A DNA stretch of 64,000 nt from Escherichia coli (GCF_024298765.1 NZ_CP101210.1); one strand, 5' to 3'. Shown: positions 41,315 through 57,248, numbered from the stretch's first letter. The notes: a model not told the origin generated them from the sequence alone. A program made the numbers and translations.

Positions 41315-42238
41315 ATGGAAAAAAATAGTCTGTTTAGTCAGCGCATCCGTTTGCGCCACCTTCATACATTCGTAGCTGTCGCACAACAAGGAACTTTGGG
41401 GCGCGCGGCTGAAACCCTTAATTTGAGTCAACCTGCGCTCTCTAAGACATTGAATGAACTGGAGCAGCTGACGGGCGCTCGCTTGTTTGAGCGTGGTCGT
41501 CAGGGGGCGCAACTTACCTTACCCGGCGAACAATTTTTAACGCATGCAGTCAGAGTTCTTGACGCCATCAACACTGCCGGACAGTCGCTTCATCGTAAAG
41601 AAGGTCTTAATAATGATGTCGTCAGGGTTGGTGCACTACCTACTGCGGCACTGGGGATATTACCTTCGGTTATAGGCCAGTTTCATCAGCAACAAAAAGA
41701 AACGACCTTGCAAGTTGCGACAATGAGTAACCCTATGATTCTGGCGGGTTTGAAAACCGGGGAAATCGATATCGGCATTGGTCGGATGTCAGATCCTGAA
41801 CTGATGACCGGACTTAATTACGAACTGCTGTTTCTTGAATCGCTGAAGCTGGTTGTCCGCCCTGATCATCCGCTACTTCAGGAGAACGTAACGCTAAGCC
41901 GGGTGCTGGAATGGCCGGTCGTTGTATCACCAGAAGGCACTGCGCCACGCCAGCATTCAGATGCATTAGTGCAGAGCCAGGGATGTAAAATTCCTTCGGG
42001 TTGTATCGAAACGCTGTCTGCTTCGCTATCTCGTCAACTTACGGTTGAATACGATTACGTGTGGTTTGTCCCTTCTGGCGCTGTAAAAGACGACCTGCGT
42101 CATGCCACGCTGGTGGCCCTGCCTGTTCCGGGTCATGGTGCAGGCGAACCGATTGGAATACTGACCCGCGTAGATGCGACGTTCTCTTCTGGTTGCCAGT
42201 TGATGATTAACGCTATTCGAAAATCAATGCCGTTCTGA
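41315..42238 (+). CDS. ydcI: LysR-family transcriptional regulator
   Basis: ORF trimmed to ATG 41315 (307 aa); N-terminal LysR HTH. Confidence 0.85.
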   Translation: MEKNSLFSQRIRLRHLHTFVAVAQQGTLGRAAETLNLSQPALSKTLNELEQLTGARLFERGRQGAQLTLPGEQFLTHAVRVLDAINTAGQSLHRKEGLNNDVVRVGALPTAALGILPSVIGQFHQQQKETTLQVATMSNPMILAGLKTGEIDIGIGRMSDPELMTGLNYELLFLESLKLVVRPDHPLLQENVTLSRVLEWPVVVSPEGTAPRQHSDALVQSQGCKIPSGCIETLSASLSRQLTVEYDYVWFVPSGAVKDDLRHATLVALPVPGHGAGEPIGILTRVDATFSSGCQLMINAIRKSMPF

Positions 42239-42275
42239 AAGGTGAAGGGATCTGTCGATCCCTCCTTTAACATTT

Positions 42276-43916
42276 TCACACTGTAGCGAAACTAACTGGT
42301 TCACCAGCTCCGCGAGGTTCTGCCGACACAGAATGTTTGTTCAGACGGAATACGTCCACCGCCTCAGTTAATCGTGCCGCCTGTTCTTCAAGGGACACTG
42401 CCGCTGCTGAGGCCTCTTCTACCAGAGAAGCATTCTGTTGCGTCACCTTATCCATTTCAGATATCGCCTGGCTAACCTGCGTTATACCCCTACTTTGCTC
42501 ATCCGAGGCGGCGGCAATTTCCTGCATGATATGTGTGACACTCGCGACGGCATCAACAATAGTGCTCATGGTTTTCCCGGCCGTGGCCACCTCATCCGAT
42601 CCCAGGTCAATTAACCTGACTGATTCACTGATCAAGCCTTCAATCTCTTTCGCCGCCTGAGCGCTGCGGCTTGCGAGTGTCCGTACTTCGCTGGCGACAA
42701 CGGCAAATCCACGCCCTTGCTCACCCGCTCGCGCGGCTTCAACGGCAGCATTCAGTGCCAGAATATTCGTCTGGAAAGCAATACTGTTGATGACGGCGGT
42801 GATCTCAGAAATTTTCTTCGAACTCGTGGAGATAGCGCCCATCGTTTTTACTACACCGGAAACCGTCTGCCCGCCATCGCTGGCTTTAATAGAAGCCTCT
42901 TGCGCCAGTTTGCTGGCATGATGCGCGTTATCCGCATTCTGTTTCACCGTCGCAGTGAGTTGCTCCATGCTGGCGGCAGTTTGTTCGATTGCCGCCGCTT
43001 GTTCTTCGGTGCGAGATGAAAGGTCCGCATTGCCAGCGGAAATTTCGCTGGTGCCACGATAAATCTCTTCCGCACCCTGTCGAACAGTCCCTACTGTCAT
43101 CCCCAGTGAATGCTGCATTTGCTGTAAATGACGACTTAAGCGACCGATTTCATTACGACCCGCCGGTTCATCATTCATCGTCAGATCGCCACTGGCGATT
43201 TTTTCAATCCGTTGTGCGGCATGTTGCAGTGGACGAATGACGATCCGACGTAGCACCATAAATGTTATCAGCGTCATGACCAGGGCAAGCACAAACGCGC
43301 CAATCATGAACATCCCACCCAGGCGGGTGCGCTGATGGGCCAGTTCCGCCAGTTGGTTGGCTCTGGTGCTACGTATCTTAACGGCTTTGCTCAAAATATC
43401 GGTATAAGCATTATCCAGCGGTCGGATCTGCTCACTTTCATGATTGATAATCGCTTCAAACATGCCATTTTTGGCATATTTCAACATAGGTTGCATACCC
43501 GTGATATAAGCCTGGAAGCGTTGATTTAATTCAGTGTCGAGGGCTTCATCAGCAGGTGTTTTCACCGACCGATTCTGATAAGCACGATAACCTTGCTGCG
43601 ACTGTTTAATCTCCGATTCGGCTTGCGCAATATTTCGCTTCATTGATTCCATTTCCGCAATACGACTCGCTGCCCCGGCCTGAATCATATTGATCCGGGC
43701 TGAACGCAAAAAATCTGAACTGTTCGCTAACCCGGTCCGAATCTCAATCTCCGCAGTAACATCACGCTGATCGCGATCGGCCTGCCAGAGGAAATAGCCA
43801 GCCAGAGCAGAACTTAATGCGAATAGAACTAAGATACCGCCAAGAATGCAGGCAAATAACGGAACCAGCCTGATGTGATGCAAAAAACCTAATCGCTGTG
43901 AGGGAGTTGTATTCAT
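42276..43916 (-). CDS. trg: Methyl-accepting chemotaxis protein III (ribose/galactose sensor)
   Basis: 546-aa ORF; two TM, HAMP and MCP signalling domain. Confidence 0.9.
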   Translation of the reverse strand: MNTTPSQRLGFLHHIRLVPLFACILGGILVLFALSSALAGYFLWQADRDQRDVTAEIEIRTGLANSSDFLRSARINMIQAGAASRIAEMESMKRNIAQAESEIKQSQQGYRAYQNRSVKTPADEALDTELNQRFQAYITGMQPMLKYAKNGMFEAIINHESEQIRPLDNAYTDILSKAVKIRSTRANQLAELAHQRTRLGGMFMIGAFVLALVMTLITFMVLRRIVIRPLQHAAQRIEKIASGDLTMNDEPAGRNEIGRLSRHLQQMQHSLGMTVGTVRQGAEEIYRGTSEISAGNADLSSRTEEQAAAIEQTAASMEQLTATVKQNADNAHHASKLAQEASIKASDGGQTVSGVVKTMGAISTSSKKISEITAVINSIAFQTNILALNAAVEAARAGEQGRGFAVVASEVRTLASRSAQAAKEIEGLISESVRLIDLGSDEVATAGKTMSTIVDAVASVTHIMQEIAAASDEQSRGITQVSQAISEMDKVTQQNASLVEEASAAAVSLEEQAARLTEAVDVFRLNKHSVSAEPRGAGEPVSFATV

Positions 43917-44194
43917 TACCGTTGTCTCTCGTCCAGGTTTACTCCTGATAGAAAGTCATCGGCACTTGACGGTAATTACTTATGACCAAAAACCTCTTTG
44001 CGTCACATTTTTACAACAATTATTGCAGAGAAAATTAATGCTATTGGAATGAAGAGAGTAACGAATGGCTAAACTGGCTAACCCGAATGACGAAAAATTC
44101 TGGAAAACAGCACGCAATTTCGTAAAGTGATTATTTTCGTCCCTAAGGAAACCTCATAGGATGCCTGCGGGTGCCTGAGACTTTCTGTTTTCAG

Positions 44195-44256
44195 GCTAAC
44201 CGGGAATCAGAAAGACGAAGGCCCCGACCGATATTTCTATCAACCGAGGCCAACGA

Positions 44257-44262
<6 letters not shown>
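44195..44262 (-). ncRNA. sokB: Expected position of SokB antisense RNA (approximate, not delimited from sequence)
   Basis: Inferred from hok/sok architecture (antisense to mok start/leader); ends not mapped. Confidence 0.3.
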
Positions 44263-44464
<202 letters not shown>

Positions 44465-44535
44465 GGGCAAGCGCGGGGATTTTCCCCGCGCATCTGACTA
44501 GCAGATTCATTTTCTCATGGCACCCCTTTTACACT

Positions 44536-44709
44536 TCAGTTAATGCATGTTTTTTTCGATGCACTAATAGAACCATCATTACAAACAAATTTGCCGCCTG
44601 CCGTACAGTGTGAGATCCCCCCTTTCGAACCAGAACAGGGTTTGCGCCCGGCATCGGCATAAAAGGAAACAAGCGTTCCTATAACCAAGATAAGTGCCAG
44701 TTTTTTCAT
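44536..44709 (-). CDS. ydcA: Small secreted protein YdcA (57 aa)
   Basis: Hand translation of minus strand [57 protein letters not shown]. Confidence 0.65.
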   Translation of the reverse strand: MKKLALILVIGTLVSFYADAGRKPCSGSKGGISHCTAGGKFVCNDGSISASKKTCIN

Positions 44710-44953
44710 ATAACCTCCATGATTTATCGAATCTTATGTTCGATTTTAACGTTATACGCTGGTTTATTTTGATACCGTTGATGAGATCAAAGATCGGGTG
44801 AATTGATTAAAAATAAGCCAGATGGACGTATGGGCAAGGATTATGGTTTTATTTGTCATACAAATAAATATAATAGGCGCTTCCGATGTAGACCCGTATT
44901 CTTCGCCTGTACCACGGGTCGGTTTTAGTACAGGCGTTTTCTTTAAATATCCT

Positions 44954-45484
44954 TCAGGAACGTTTACGCGGCATCATGCGTAGAAGTGTGTTGTCCTTCC
45001 AGAAATAGTGGTGTGCCAGTGCAGCCGCAGCGTGCAACCCGATGACAAAATATCCCAGATTCGCCAGCGTTTCATGCCACGACTTTAAGCTATCAACCCG
45101 TTCGAAATTGGCCTCTGATGCATAAGGCATCGTCATACCAAACGCAAACCACGGGTTACCCCGGTTATACATCATCACCAAACCAATCACTGGCAGCGCA
45201 ATAAACAGGAGATAAATCACCAAATGGCCCAAATGCGCCAGTCCCGTCATCATCGGTTTTGGCTTAGGTATAATCGGCGGGGTTGGGTATTTCAGTCTTA
45301 ACAAAAGACGAACCACCATCAGTACGAGAATTGAGATGCCACAGGAAACATGAATCATGTTGATGAGGGGCCGATCGCTACGTGGGAAGAAACCACGAAA
45401 CTCCATTGCGCAATACGCTACGATAACCAGCAAAAAGACCAGCCAGTGAATGCTGATTTGTAACCTTGAGTATTTATTTCCCAT
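44954..45484 (-). CDS. cybB: Cytochrome b561
   Basis: ORF 188 aa trimmed to MGNKYSRLQISIHW start (176 aa). Confidence 0.85.
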   Translation of the reverse strand: MGNKYSRLQISIHWLVFLLVIVAYCAMEFRGFFPRSDRPLINMIHVSCGISILVLMVVRLLLRLKYPTPPIIPKPKPMMTGLAHLGHLVIYLLFIALPVIGLVMMYNRGNPWFAFGMTMPYASEANFERVDSLKSWHETLANLGYFVIGLHAAAALAHHYFWKDNTLLRMMPRKRS

Positions 45485-45672
45485 AACATTTCCTGCTTTA
45501 ACATAATTTGCCGTTAACATAACGGGCTTTTCTTAAAATTTCATTAAATATTGTTCACCCGTTTTCAGTACGTTACGTTTCACTGCAAGAATGTAGATTG
45601 CCCATCCCGCCATCCTGGTCTAAGCCTGGAAAGGATCAATTTTCATCCGAACGTTCCTGACAGGAGAAGACC

Positions 45673-46674
45673 ATGAGTAAAGTTGGTATTAATGGTTTTG
45701 GTCGTATCGGTCGACTGGTGTTGCGTCGATTACTTGAAGTCAAAAGCAACATAGACGTTGTCGCTATTAATGATCTCACTTCCCCAAAAATTCTCGCCTA
45801 CCTGCTGAAACATGATTCAAACTACGGACCGTTCCCCTGGAGCGTTGATTTTACGGAAGATTCACTTATCGTTGATGGAAAAAGTATCGCGGTTTACGCC
45901 GAAAAAGAGGCTAAAAATATTCCATGGAAAGCGAAAGGCGCAGAAATCATTGTCGAATGTACTGGCTTTTATACCTCCGCAGAGAAATCGCAGGCGCACC
46001 TTGATGCTGGTGCGAAGAAGGTGTTGATTTCCGCCCCTGCCGGTGAAATGAAAACTATCGTTTATAACGTCAATGACGACACTCTGGATGGCAACGACAC
46101 CATTGTTTCCGTGGCGTCATGCACCACTAACTGCCTTGCGCCGATGGCCAAAGCCTTGCATGACAGTTTCGGGATAGAAGTCGGCACGATGACGACCATT
46201 CATGCCTATACCGGCACCCAGTCACTGGTGGATGGTCCGCGTGGGAAGGATTTACGAGCTTCACGCGCAGCGGCAGAAAATATCATTCCCCACACTACAG
46301 GTGCGGCAAAAGCCATTGGTCTGGTGATCCCGGAACTGAGCGGCAAACTGAAAGGTCATGCGCAACGCGTGCCGGTGAAAACAGGTTCGGTCACTGAGCT
46401 GGTGTCCATTCTCGCAAAAAAAGTGACTGCCGAAGAGGTGAATAACGCACTTAAACAAGCAACCACCAATAACGAGTCATTTGGTTATACCGATGAAGAA
46501 ATAGTCTCTTCCGATATCATTGGCAGCCATTTCGGGTCGGTGTTTGATGCCACGCAAACGGAAATTACCGCCGTGGGCGATTTACAACTGGTGAAAACGG
46601 TCGCCTGGTACGATAACGAATATGGCTTCGTCACACAACTCATTCGCACCCTCGAAAAATTCGCTAAACTCTGA
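45673..46674 (+). CDS. gapC: Glyceraldehyde-3-phosphate dehydrogenase C, apparently intact
   Basis: Uninterrupted 333-aa [15 protein letters not shown]-binding motif, [10 protein letters not shown] active site. Confidence 0.85.
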   Translation: MSKVGINGFGRIGRLVLRRLLEVKSNIDVVAINDLTSPKILAYLLKHDSNYGPFPWSVDFTEDSLIVDGKSIAVYAEKEAKNIPWKAKGAEIIVECTGFYTSAEKSQAHLDAGAKKVLISAPAGEMKTIVYNVNDDTLDGNDTIVSVASCTTNCLAPMAKALHDSFGIEVGTMTTIHAYTGTQSLVDGPRGKDLRASRAAAENIIPHTTGAAKAIGLVIPELSGKLKGHAQRVPVKTGSVTELVSILAKKVTAEEVNNALKQATTNNESFGYTDEEIVSSDIIGSHFGSVFDATQTEITAVGDLQLVKTVAWYDNEYGFVTQLIRTLEKFAKL

Positions 46675-46682
46675 CGCACACA

Positions 46683-46706
46683 GGCGGAGGAAAAACCTCC
46701 GCCTCT
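46683..46706. terminator. Bidirectional terminator between convergent gapC and aldA
   Basis: GGCGGAGG-aaaaa-CCTCCGCC then T-rich. Confidence 0.6.
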
Positions 46707-46714
46707 TCCACTCA

Positions 46715-48154
46715 TTAAGACTGTAAATAAACCACCTGGGTCTGCAGATATTCATGCAAGCCATGTTTGCCATCTGCGCCGCCAATACCAGATTTACGCC
46801 ATCCGGCGTGGAATCCTTGCATAGCTTCGAAGTTTTCACGGTTGATGTAAGTTTCACCAAACTTCAGCCCTTTAATGCCTTTCATCGCGACGTTCAGATT
46901 TTGGGTATAGATTGATGAGGTCAGGCCGTAATCACTATCATTCGCCATTGAGATAGCCTCTTCCAGCGTGTCAAATGCGACCACCGGCAGAACCGGGCCA
47001 AAGGTTTCCTCATGCATAATCGACATTTCCTGGCGAACATCCAGCAGCAATGTCGGCGGATAATAATATCCTTTCCCCTCTACCGCTTTGCCACCCAACG
47101 CCACTCTCGCCCCTTCTTCTACTGCGCGCGCCACTTTTTGCTCGACCCTTTCCAGCGCCGCGGCGTTAATCAACGGCCCCATCGCAATGTCGTTGCGTTC
47201 AGCGGGGTTACCAAATTGAACCGCCTGCATCGCTTCACCCAGCCGATTGACAAACTGATCATAAATGCCTTTCTGTACATAAACACGTTCTGCACAGTTA
47301 CACACTTGCCCACTATTAATGACGCGTGAATCAACGATGGCTTTGACTGCCAGTTCAAGATCGGCATCGTCCATTACGATAGCCGGTGCTTTACCCCCCA
47401 ATTCCAGGCACACTTTGGTGATGTTTTTCGCCGCAGTCGCCATAATCTTTTCACCTGCAGAGACGCTGCCTGTCATACTGACCATTGCGACCTTTGGGTT
47501 ACCCGCCAGTTCTTGCCCAACGGTTTCACCACGCCCCAGAACAAGGTTAAACACGCCGCGCGGAAGGCCTATTTCATCGACAATTTTGGCGAATGCAATC
47601 GCATTGTTTGGCGTAAATTCACTGGGTTTAATGACGATGGTATTACCGGTCAAAAGAGCGGGAGCCATTTTGCGGGCAATGAGGAAGAACGGGAAGTTCC
47701 ACGGCAGAATGCCGGTAGTCACGCCAAGCGCACGTTTAAACAGAAGAATATTTTCTCCTGGACGATCGCTTTGAATAATCTCGCCTTCATAACGCCGTGC
47801 CCACTCCGCCATGTAATCGATATAGTCCGCAGTAAAAGCCACTTCGACTTCAGCCAGCTGCTGGATCTTACCCCCTTCTTCAACAATCAGCGTACTGATT
47901 TCACTGGCGCGTTCGCGGATCCCGGCGGAGATTTTGCGCAACCAACTGGCGCGTTCAATAGCAGGCAACGCTTCCCATTCTGGTTGTGCACGTTCTGCTG
48001 CATCGATTGCCTTACGGGCATCCTCGGCCTGACCATCGGGAATGCGGGAAATGACAGCCTCTGTAGCAGGGTTTACCACATCAATCCATGCGTCTCCACG
48101 CCAGGTAACAAACTGTCCATCAATATACATAGGATGTTGAACGGGTACTGACAT
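46715..48154 (-). CDS. aldA: Aldehyde dehydrogenase A (lactaldehyde dehydrogenase)
   Basis: 479-aa ORF. Confidence 0.9.
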   Translation of the reverse strand: MSVPVQHPMYIDGQFVTWRGDAWIDVVNPATEAVISRIPDGQAEDARKAIDAAERAQPEWEALPAIERASWLRKISAGIRERASEISTLIVEEGGKIQQLAEVEVAFTADYIDYMAEWARRYEGEIIQSDRPGENILLFKRALGVTTGILPWNFPFFLIARKMAPALLTGNTIVIKPSEFTPNNAIAFAKIVDEIGLPRGVFNLVLGRGETVGQELAGNPKVAMVSMTGSVSAGEKIMATAAKNITKVCLELGGKAPAIVMDDADLELAVKAIVDSRVINSGQVCNCAERVYVQKGIYDQFVNRLGEAMQAVQFGNPAERNDIAMGPLINAAALERVEQKVARAVEEGARVALGGKAVEGKGYYYPPTLLLDVRQEMSIMHEETFGPVLPVVAFDTLEEAISMANDSDYGLTSSIYTQNLNVAMKGIKGLKFGETYINRENFEAMQGFHAGWRKSGIGGADGKHGLHEYLQTQVVYLQS

Positions 48155-48350
48155 GAGCGACTCCTGTGATTTATATGTTTGTTTTTGGTAAATGCATTGT
48201 TAATTAACATCAATCATCATAGAGACGGCATCATGAAAGGACAATTCTGTGAAGGGCTTCATAAAAACAAGTATAAAAGGAATAAGAGGCAGAAATAAAA
48301 GGCAGGAGTTATGCCCGTTTGCAAACAAGTGGTTCACAAACGGGCAATTT

Positions 48351-49151
48351 TTAACGTAACGAGCGACTTTCCATCGCCTCGATGAGCACCGCATCGTGTT
48401 TCAGCGTTTGCCATGCCTGGATGACTTCTGCCGGAAAATCAACGTGAACGATAAAATCTCGCCCGCGTGGACCGTAGCCATCGCTATCATCGCGTAAACG
48501 TGGCAGCTCGCCAGTGAGTAGTGAGAGATAACGCTCAACCGGCCATAATCCTTGCAACGGATTAACAAAGATTACACTGTCTGCGTTATTTCCTAACTGA
48601 GGAACGAATCCGGGATAACTTAACCAGCGTGGTGCATCGGGATTGTCCCCAGTCATACGGCGGAACGTCGCCATCGTGCGCCGCTGCATGGTGGGGTCCT
48701 GAACAACGATAGCCGTATGAACTCGTTCTACGGCCTGATTCAATAGCGCGATGCTAAAGCGTGCGTTTTCACCGCAGTTTGTTGACTGGTCTTCAATCCA
48801 GATTTTTTCATGCGGAATGTGCCAGAACTGATGAGCGATATCCGCCAGGATGGTCGCTTCTGCTCTGCCAGTGGTGCGGATAGTGTTGTAGTGCGGATGC
48901 TGTGCGATGGCGCTATACAAAAAAGTTGTCGAGTGACCGATACCACCACTGATCAGTAAAGGAATTTGCTGATCGCGGGCAATCTTACATGCCGCGTCGA
49001 TAGTCGGCATAACCGCATTGCCTGCAAGGATCACGCAATCGGCCTGATACGGCATCTCACCGGAGAAATCATCCTGCGCCAGCCACTGACCGATAACATT
49101 TATGGCATCTATGGTTGCCGGCGAAAGCGTCGGAAACGGGGTAATGTTCAT
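48351..49151 (-). CDS. ydcF: DUF218-domain protein YdcF
   Basis: 266-aa ORF. Confidence 0.85.
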   Translation of the reverse strand: MNITPFPTLSPATIDAINVIGQWLAQDDFSGEMPYQADCVILAGNAVMPTIDAACKIARDQQIPLLISGGIGHSTTFLYSAIAQHPHYNTIRTTGRAEATILADIAHQFWHIPHEKIWIEDQSTNCGENARFSIALLNQAVERVHTAIVVQDPTMQRRTMATFRRMTGDNPDAPRWLSYPGFVPQLGNNADSVIFVNPLQGLWPVERYLSLLTGELPRLRDDSDGYGPRGRDFIVHVDFPAEVIQAWQTLKHDAVLIEAMESRSLR

Positions 49152-49365
49152 GGTTCCTCCTTATCGTTCCCTTAAGAATACTGCGTGAGATAATAGTGAG
49201 AAGCGGAGCACTCTGAAAGGAGGAAGTCCTATTTCCTTAACCGCCACTCCGCAAGCCTGACATATCTTTTAAGGAAATGCTGTAGATAAACATTATTCAT
49301 CTTGCAGCTGAGAATTGTATTTTTCTGAATTCCTGAATTTTTGCCCTTACCGTTTTAGAATTAAT

Positions 49366-49398
49366 AAAAAACCCGGCGCTAAATGCTTACCGGGTTTT
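49366..49398 (-). terminator. Rho-independent terminator downstream of hrpA
   Basis: Minus-strand RNA: hairpin ACCCGG/CCGGGT followed by U-run. Confidence 0.55.
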
Positions 49399-49422
49399 AG
49401 ATTTATCAGGCAAATAGCAGTG

Positions 49423-52400
49423 TTAACCGCTAATCTGCTCCATCGCCTGCAAAATACGCTTATCTGAAATCGGATAAGGCGTACCAAGTTGTTGAGCGAA
49501 GTAACTAACGCGCAACTCTTCTATCATCCAACGGATCTCTTTCACGTCTTCATCCTCACGACGTGCGGGCGGCAGTTTGTTGATCCATTGCTGCCACGCC
49601 TGCTGGACATTTTCGACTTTCAGCATCTGAGCACGGTCGCGATGTGGGTCAACCGCCAGTTTTTCCAGCCGTTTTTCAATCGCCTGCAAATAACGCAGCG
49701 TGTCGCCCAACCGTTTGAAGCCGTTACCAGTCACAAAACCGCGATACACCAGCCCGCCCATCTGCGCTTTGATGTCAGAAAGCCCCAGCGCCATAGTCAT
49801 ATCCACCCGCCCTTTCAGGCGTTTGTTGATATTGAACACTGCCGTAAGGATTTGCTCGACCTGCTTCGCAATATCCACCACCGTATCGTTCAGTTCAGCG
49901 CGGACTTTCTCATGCAGCGCAGCAAAGCCTTCTTCCGTCCAGACCGGGCCACCATTGGCGTCGATCAGTTGATCCACCCCGCAGGAGATACAGTCGTCGA
50001 TCAGCTCCAGCACTTTGCCATACGGGTTAAAGTACAGCCCCAGCTTGGCTTTGTTCGGTAACTTTTCATGCAAATACTTGATCGGCGATGGAATATTCAG
50101 TAGCAGTAGACGGCGAAGACCGTTCCACATTGCCTGCTTTTGTTCCAGCGGATTATCAAACAGTTTGATCGCCACGCTGTCGCGTTCATCCACTAGCGCT
50201 GGCCACGCCTTCACTTTGTAGTTGCCACGCTTCTGTTCGTAGCTTTCCGGCAGTTGCCCAAAGCTCCAGATATGTAAGCCGCTCTGCTCGATACCGTCAT
50301 CCGCCACCGCAGACAGCGTTTCCTGCACTTTGCCTTTCAGCGCATCTTTCAGATCTTGTAGAGAGCGCCCTTCTTTTAGCTTCTTGTTTTTGTCATCCAC
50401 CACGCGGAAGGTGATTTTCAGGTGATCGGGCACCTGATCCCAGTGCCAGTCTTCGCGGTCAACGGTAACACCGGTCATCCGCCGTAACTCGCGCTCAAGG
50501 CTGTCGAGCAACGGTAACTCCAGCGGTGTGACGCGGCCTAAAAACGCTTCGGCGTAGTTTGGTGCAGGCACAAAATTACGGCGTACCGGTTTCGGCAACG
50601 ATTTAATCAGTGCGATGATCAGTTCACGACGCAGGCCGGGGATTTGCCATTCAAACCCGCTCTCTTCTACCTGATTAAGCAGCGGCAGCGGAATATGCAC
50701 GGTCACACCGTCCGCGTCCGCGCCTGGCTCAAACTGATAGCTCAAACGCAGCTTGAGATTGCCCTGATGCCAGAAGTTCGGGTAATCCAGCTTGCTGATT
50801 TTTTCCGCCCCTTCTTTGATCAACATGCTCTTTTCAAAGTTGAGCAAATCAGGCGTTTCGCGGCTGACTTTTTTCCACCAGCTGTCGAAGTGACGAGCGG
50901 AGATTACATCGTGGCTGATGCGCTGGTCGTAGAACTCAAACAGCGTTTCGTCATCAACCAGAATATCGCGGCGACGTGATTTGTGTTCCAGCTCTTCCAC
51001 TTCGGCCCGCAGTTTCAGGTTTTCACGGAAGAATGCGTGACGCGTCTGCCAGTCACCTTCCACCAGAGCGTGGCGAATAAAGAGTTCACGACATAACGCC
51101 GGATCGATCTGGCTGTAGTTGACCTTACGCGCAGCAACAATCGGCAAACCATAAACAGTGACTTTTTCCGTTGCCATCACCGCGCCCTGCGCCCGTTCCC
51201 AGTGCGGTTCGCTGTAGGTGCGTTTAATCAAATGCTGAGCAACGGGTTCTACCCATTCAGGGTCGATACGCGCAGCAATGCGCCCCCACAGGCGGCTGGT
51301 TTCTACCAGTTCCGCCACCATTACCCATTTCGGCGGCTTTTTGAATAAACCAGAACCGGGAAAGATGGAAAAACGCGCGTTACGTGCGCCGGTATATTCT
51401 TGTTTATCGGCATCTTTCATGCCGATATGGGAAAGCAAACCGGTCAGTAAGGCGATGTGAATTTCGCGATACTCCGCCGGTTCGCTGTTAACCGGAATGC
51501 CAAGTTCTTTCACCACCTGGCGCAACTGGGTGTAGATATCCTGCCATTCGCGCACGCGCAGATAGTTGAGATAATCGGTACGACACAGGCGACGGAAGGC
51601 GTTAGAAGAAAGCGCCTTTTGCTGCTCGCCGAGATAATTCCACAGATTTACAAACGCGAGGAAGTCGGATTCTTTGTCGTGGAAGCGGCGATGTTTTTCG
51701 TCCGATGCCTGCTGTTTGTCCATCGGTCGTTCGCGCGGATCCTGGATGGAGAGCGCGGACGTGATAATCATCGCCTCACGCACGCAGCCATGTTTTTGCG
51801 CTTCCAGCACCATACGCGCCAGACGTGGGTCGACAGGCAACTGCGAGAGCTGGCGACCGAGCGGCGTCAGTTTATAGGCGCTGGCCTGTTCATCAGTGGT
51901 GATCGCGCCCAGTTCTTCGAGCAGACGCACGCCATCCTGGATATTGCGTTTATCCGGTGCTTCGACAAATGGGAACGCGGCGATATCGCCCAACCCCAGC
52001 GCGGTCATCTGTAAAATAACCGAGGCCAGGTTGGTACGCAGAATCTCCGGATCGGTAAATTCCGGGCGCGAAAGGAAATCGTCTTCGGAATAGAGACGAA
52101 TACAGATCCCTTCGGACACACGACCACAGCGGCCTTTACGCTGGTTGGCAGACGCCTGCGAAATGGGCTCAATCGGCAAACGCTGCACTTTGGTGCGATA
52201 GCTGTAGCGGCTGATACGCGCCGTACCTGGGTCGATAACGTATTTAATCCCCGGTACGGTCAGCGACGTTTCCGCGACGTTGGTCGCCAGCACAATGCGC
52301 CGTCCGCTGTGCGACTGGAACACGCGGTTCTGTTCGCTGTTCGAAAGCCGCGCATAAAGCGGCAAGATTTCGGTATGCCGCAGATTTAGCTTGTTCAGCG

Positions 52401-53325
52401 CATCTGCGGTATCGCGAATTTCCCGCTCACCGCTCATAAAGATCAGAATGTCGCCGGAGCTTTCCTGACTCAGTTCGTCTACGGCGTCAAAAATCGCCTG
52501 CAGCTGATCGCGCTCGGTGTCATCGGCTTCTTCAACAATCGGTCGATAGCGCACTTCCACCGGATAGGTCCGACCGGAGACTTCGATAATCGGCGCATTA
52601 TTAAAGTGGCGCGAAAAGCGTTCCGGGTCGATAGTCGCGGAAGTGATAATGATTTTTAGGTCAGGACGCCGCGGTAGCAACTCTTTCAAATAGCCGAGCA
52701 GAAAATCGATATTCAGGCTACGTTCGTGCGCTTCGTCAATAATGATAGTGTCGTACTGCATCAGCAGGCGGTCTTGCTGGATCTCCGCCAGCAGGATACC
52801 GTCGGTCATCAGCTTGACCATCGTGTTATCACTAACGTGATCACTGAAACGCACTTTGTAACCGATGCAACCGCCCGGCTCCGTTTTCAGCTCTTCCGCA
52901 ATACGGTTCGCCACCGTTCGTGCCGCCAGGCGACGCGGTTGGGTATGACCGATCAGCCCTTTAATCCCGCGCCCCAGTTCCATACAGATTTTCGGTAGCT
53001 GAGTCGTTTTACCGGAACCGGTTTCCCCGGCGACGATCACCACCTGGTGATCACGAATCGCTTCGAGTATGTCCTGCTTTTTCTGACTAACCGGCAAATT
53101 GTCCGGATAAGTGATTTCCGGTCGTGCCGCTTCACGCAGCAGGACTTTCCCTGCCGCATGGTCAATCTCTTTCGCCATCTCCTGGAAAATGGCCTGTTGT
53201 GCATCAGGATTTTTAACCTTCTTCACGCCGTGCAGACGGCGAGAAAAACGCAGTCTGTCGCGCAGCATCAGCGAATCCAGCCGCTGCTGCAAGGCCGTAA
53301 AGGTCAATTTTTGTTGTTCTGTCAT
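49423..53325 (-). CDS. hrpA: ATP-dependent RNA helicase HrpA (DEAH-box)
   Basis: 1300-aa ORF; GETGSGKTTQLP Walker A, DEAH box. Confidence 0.95.
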   Translation of the reverse strand: MTEQQKLTFTALQQRLDSLMLRDRLRFSRRLHGVKKVKNPDAQQAIFQEMAKEIDHAAGKVLLREAARPEITYPDNLPVSQKKQDILEAIRDHQVVIVAGETGSGKTTQLPKICMELGRGIKGLIGHTQPRRLAARTVANRIAEELKTEPGGCIGYKVRFSDHVSDNTMVKLMTDGILLAEIQQDRLLMQYDTIIIDEAHERSLNIDFLLGYLKELLPRRPDLKIIITSATIDPERFSRHFNNAPIIEVSGRTYPVEVRYRPIVEEADDTERDQLQAIFDAVDELSQESSGDILIFMSGEREIRDTADALNKLNLRHTEILPLYARLSNSEQNRVFQSHSGRRIVLATNVAETSLTVPGIKYVIDPGTARISRYSYRTKVQRLPIEPISQASANQRKGRCGRVSEGICIRLYSEDDFLSRPEFTDPEILRTNLASVILQMTALGLGDIAAFPFVEAPDKRNIQDGVRLLEELGAITTDEQASAYKLTPLGRQLSQLPVDPRLARMVLEAQKHGCVREAMIITSALSIQDPRERPMDKQQASDEKHRRFHDKESDFLAFVNLWNYLGEQQKALSSNAFRRLCRTDYLNYLRVREWQDIYTQLRQVVKELGIPVNSEPAEYREIHIALLTGLLSHIGMKDADKQEYTGARNARFSIFPGSGLFKKPPKWVMVAELVETSRLWGRIAARIDPEWVEPVAQHLIKRTYSEPHWERAQGAVMATEKVTVYGLPIVAARKVNYSQIDPALCRELFIRHALVEGDWQTRHAFFRENLKLRAEVEELEHKSRRRDILVDDETLFEFYDQRISHDVISARHFDSWWKKVSRETPDLLNFEKSMLIKEGAEKISKLDYPNFWHQGNLKLRLSYQFEPGADADGVTVHIPLPLLNQVEESGFEWQIPGLRRELIIALIKSLPKPVRRNFVPAPNYAEAFLGRVTPLELPLLDSLERELRRMTGVTVDREDWHWDQVPDHLKITFRVVDDKNKKLKEGRSLQDLKDALKGKVQETLSAVADDGIEQSGLHIWSFGQLPESYEQKRGNYKVKAWPALVDERDSVAIKLFDNPLEQKQAMWNGLRRLLLLNIPSPIKYLHEKLPNKAKLGLYFNPYGKVLELIDDCISCGVDQLIDANGGPVWTEEGFAALHEKVRAELNDTVVDIAKQVEQILTAVFNINKRLKGRVDMTMALGLSDIKAQMGGLVYRGFVTGNGFKRLGDTLRYLQAIEKRLEKLAVDPHRDRAQMLKVENVQQAWQQWINKLPPARREDEDVKEIRWMIEELRVSYFAQQLGTPYPISDKRILQAMEQISG

Positions 53326-53516
53326 AACGTTAGTGGGCAGTAGGCTGCCTGATTAATTTTCTTTTAAATGATAGATATAGAGTACCACATCGCGGCTTTC
53401 TATGCGTTGTTCAATAAATTCGAACATAGGCTTCGATTTATTGCGCTATCTCTGTGGCAGGATTGTGAATAAAGTGTCAACAAGCAACGGGGCATCGCCC
53501 ATTCAAACATCTATAA

Positions 53517-54131
<615 letters not shown>

Positions 54132-54145
54132 CCGGACACGGTCTT

Positions 54146-54175
54146 GATGTGGACTGTAGATATTCAGTCCACATC
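54146..54175. terminator. Hairpin between convergent azoR and ynbD
   Basis: GATGTGGACT-gtagatattc-AGTCCACATC perfect 10-bp stem. Confidence 0.5.
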
Positions 54176-54184
54176 TCAATCCAC

Positions 54185-57248
<3,064 letters not shown>

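Noticed and set aside
43917..44050. Sigma-28 (FliA) promoter upstream of trg
   Set aside because: Expected biologically, but the best -10 candidate (GCCGATGA) lacks a convincing TAAAGTTT -35 partner at the right spacing, so not listed as a feature.
49489..53356. Antisense ORFs inside hrpA (e.g. 49489..50061, 51457..52014)
   Set aside because: Embedded in a strongly supported 1300-aa helicase gene on the other strand; no independent coding signal.
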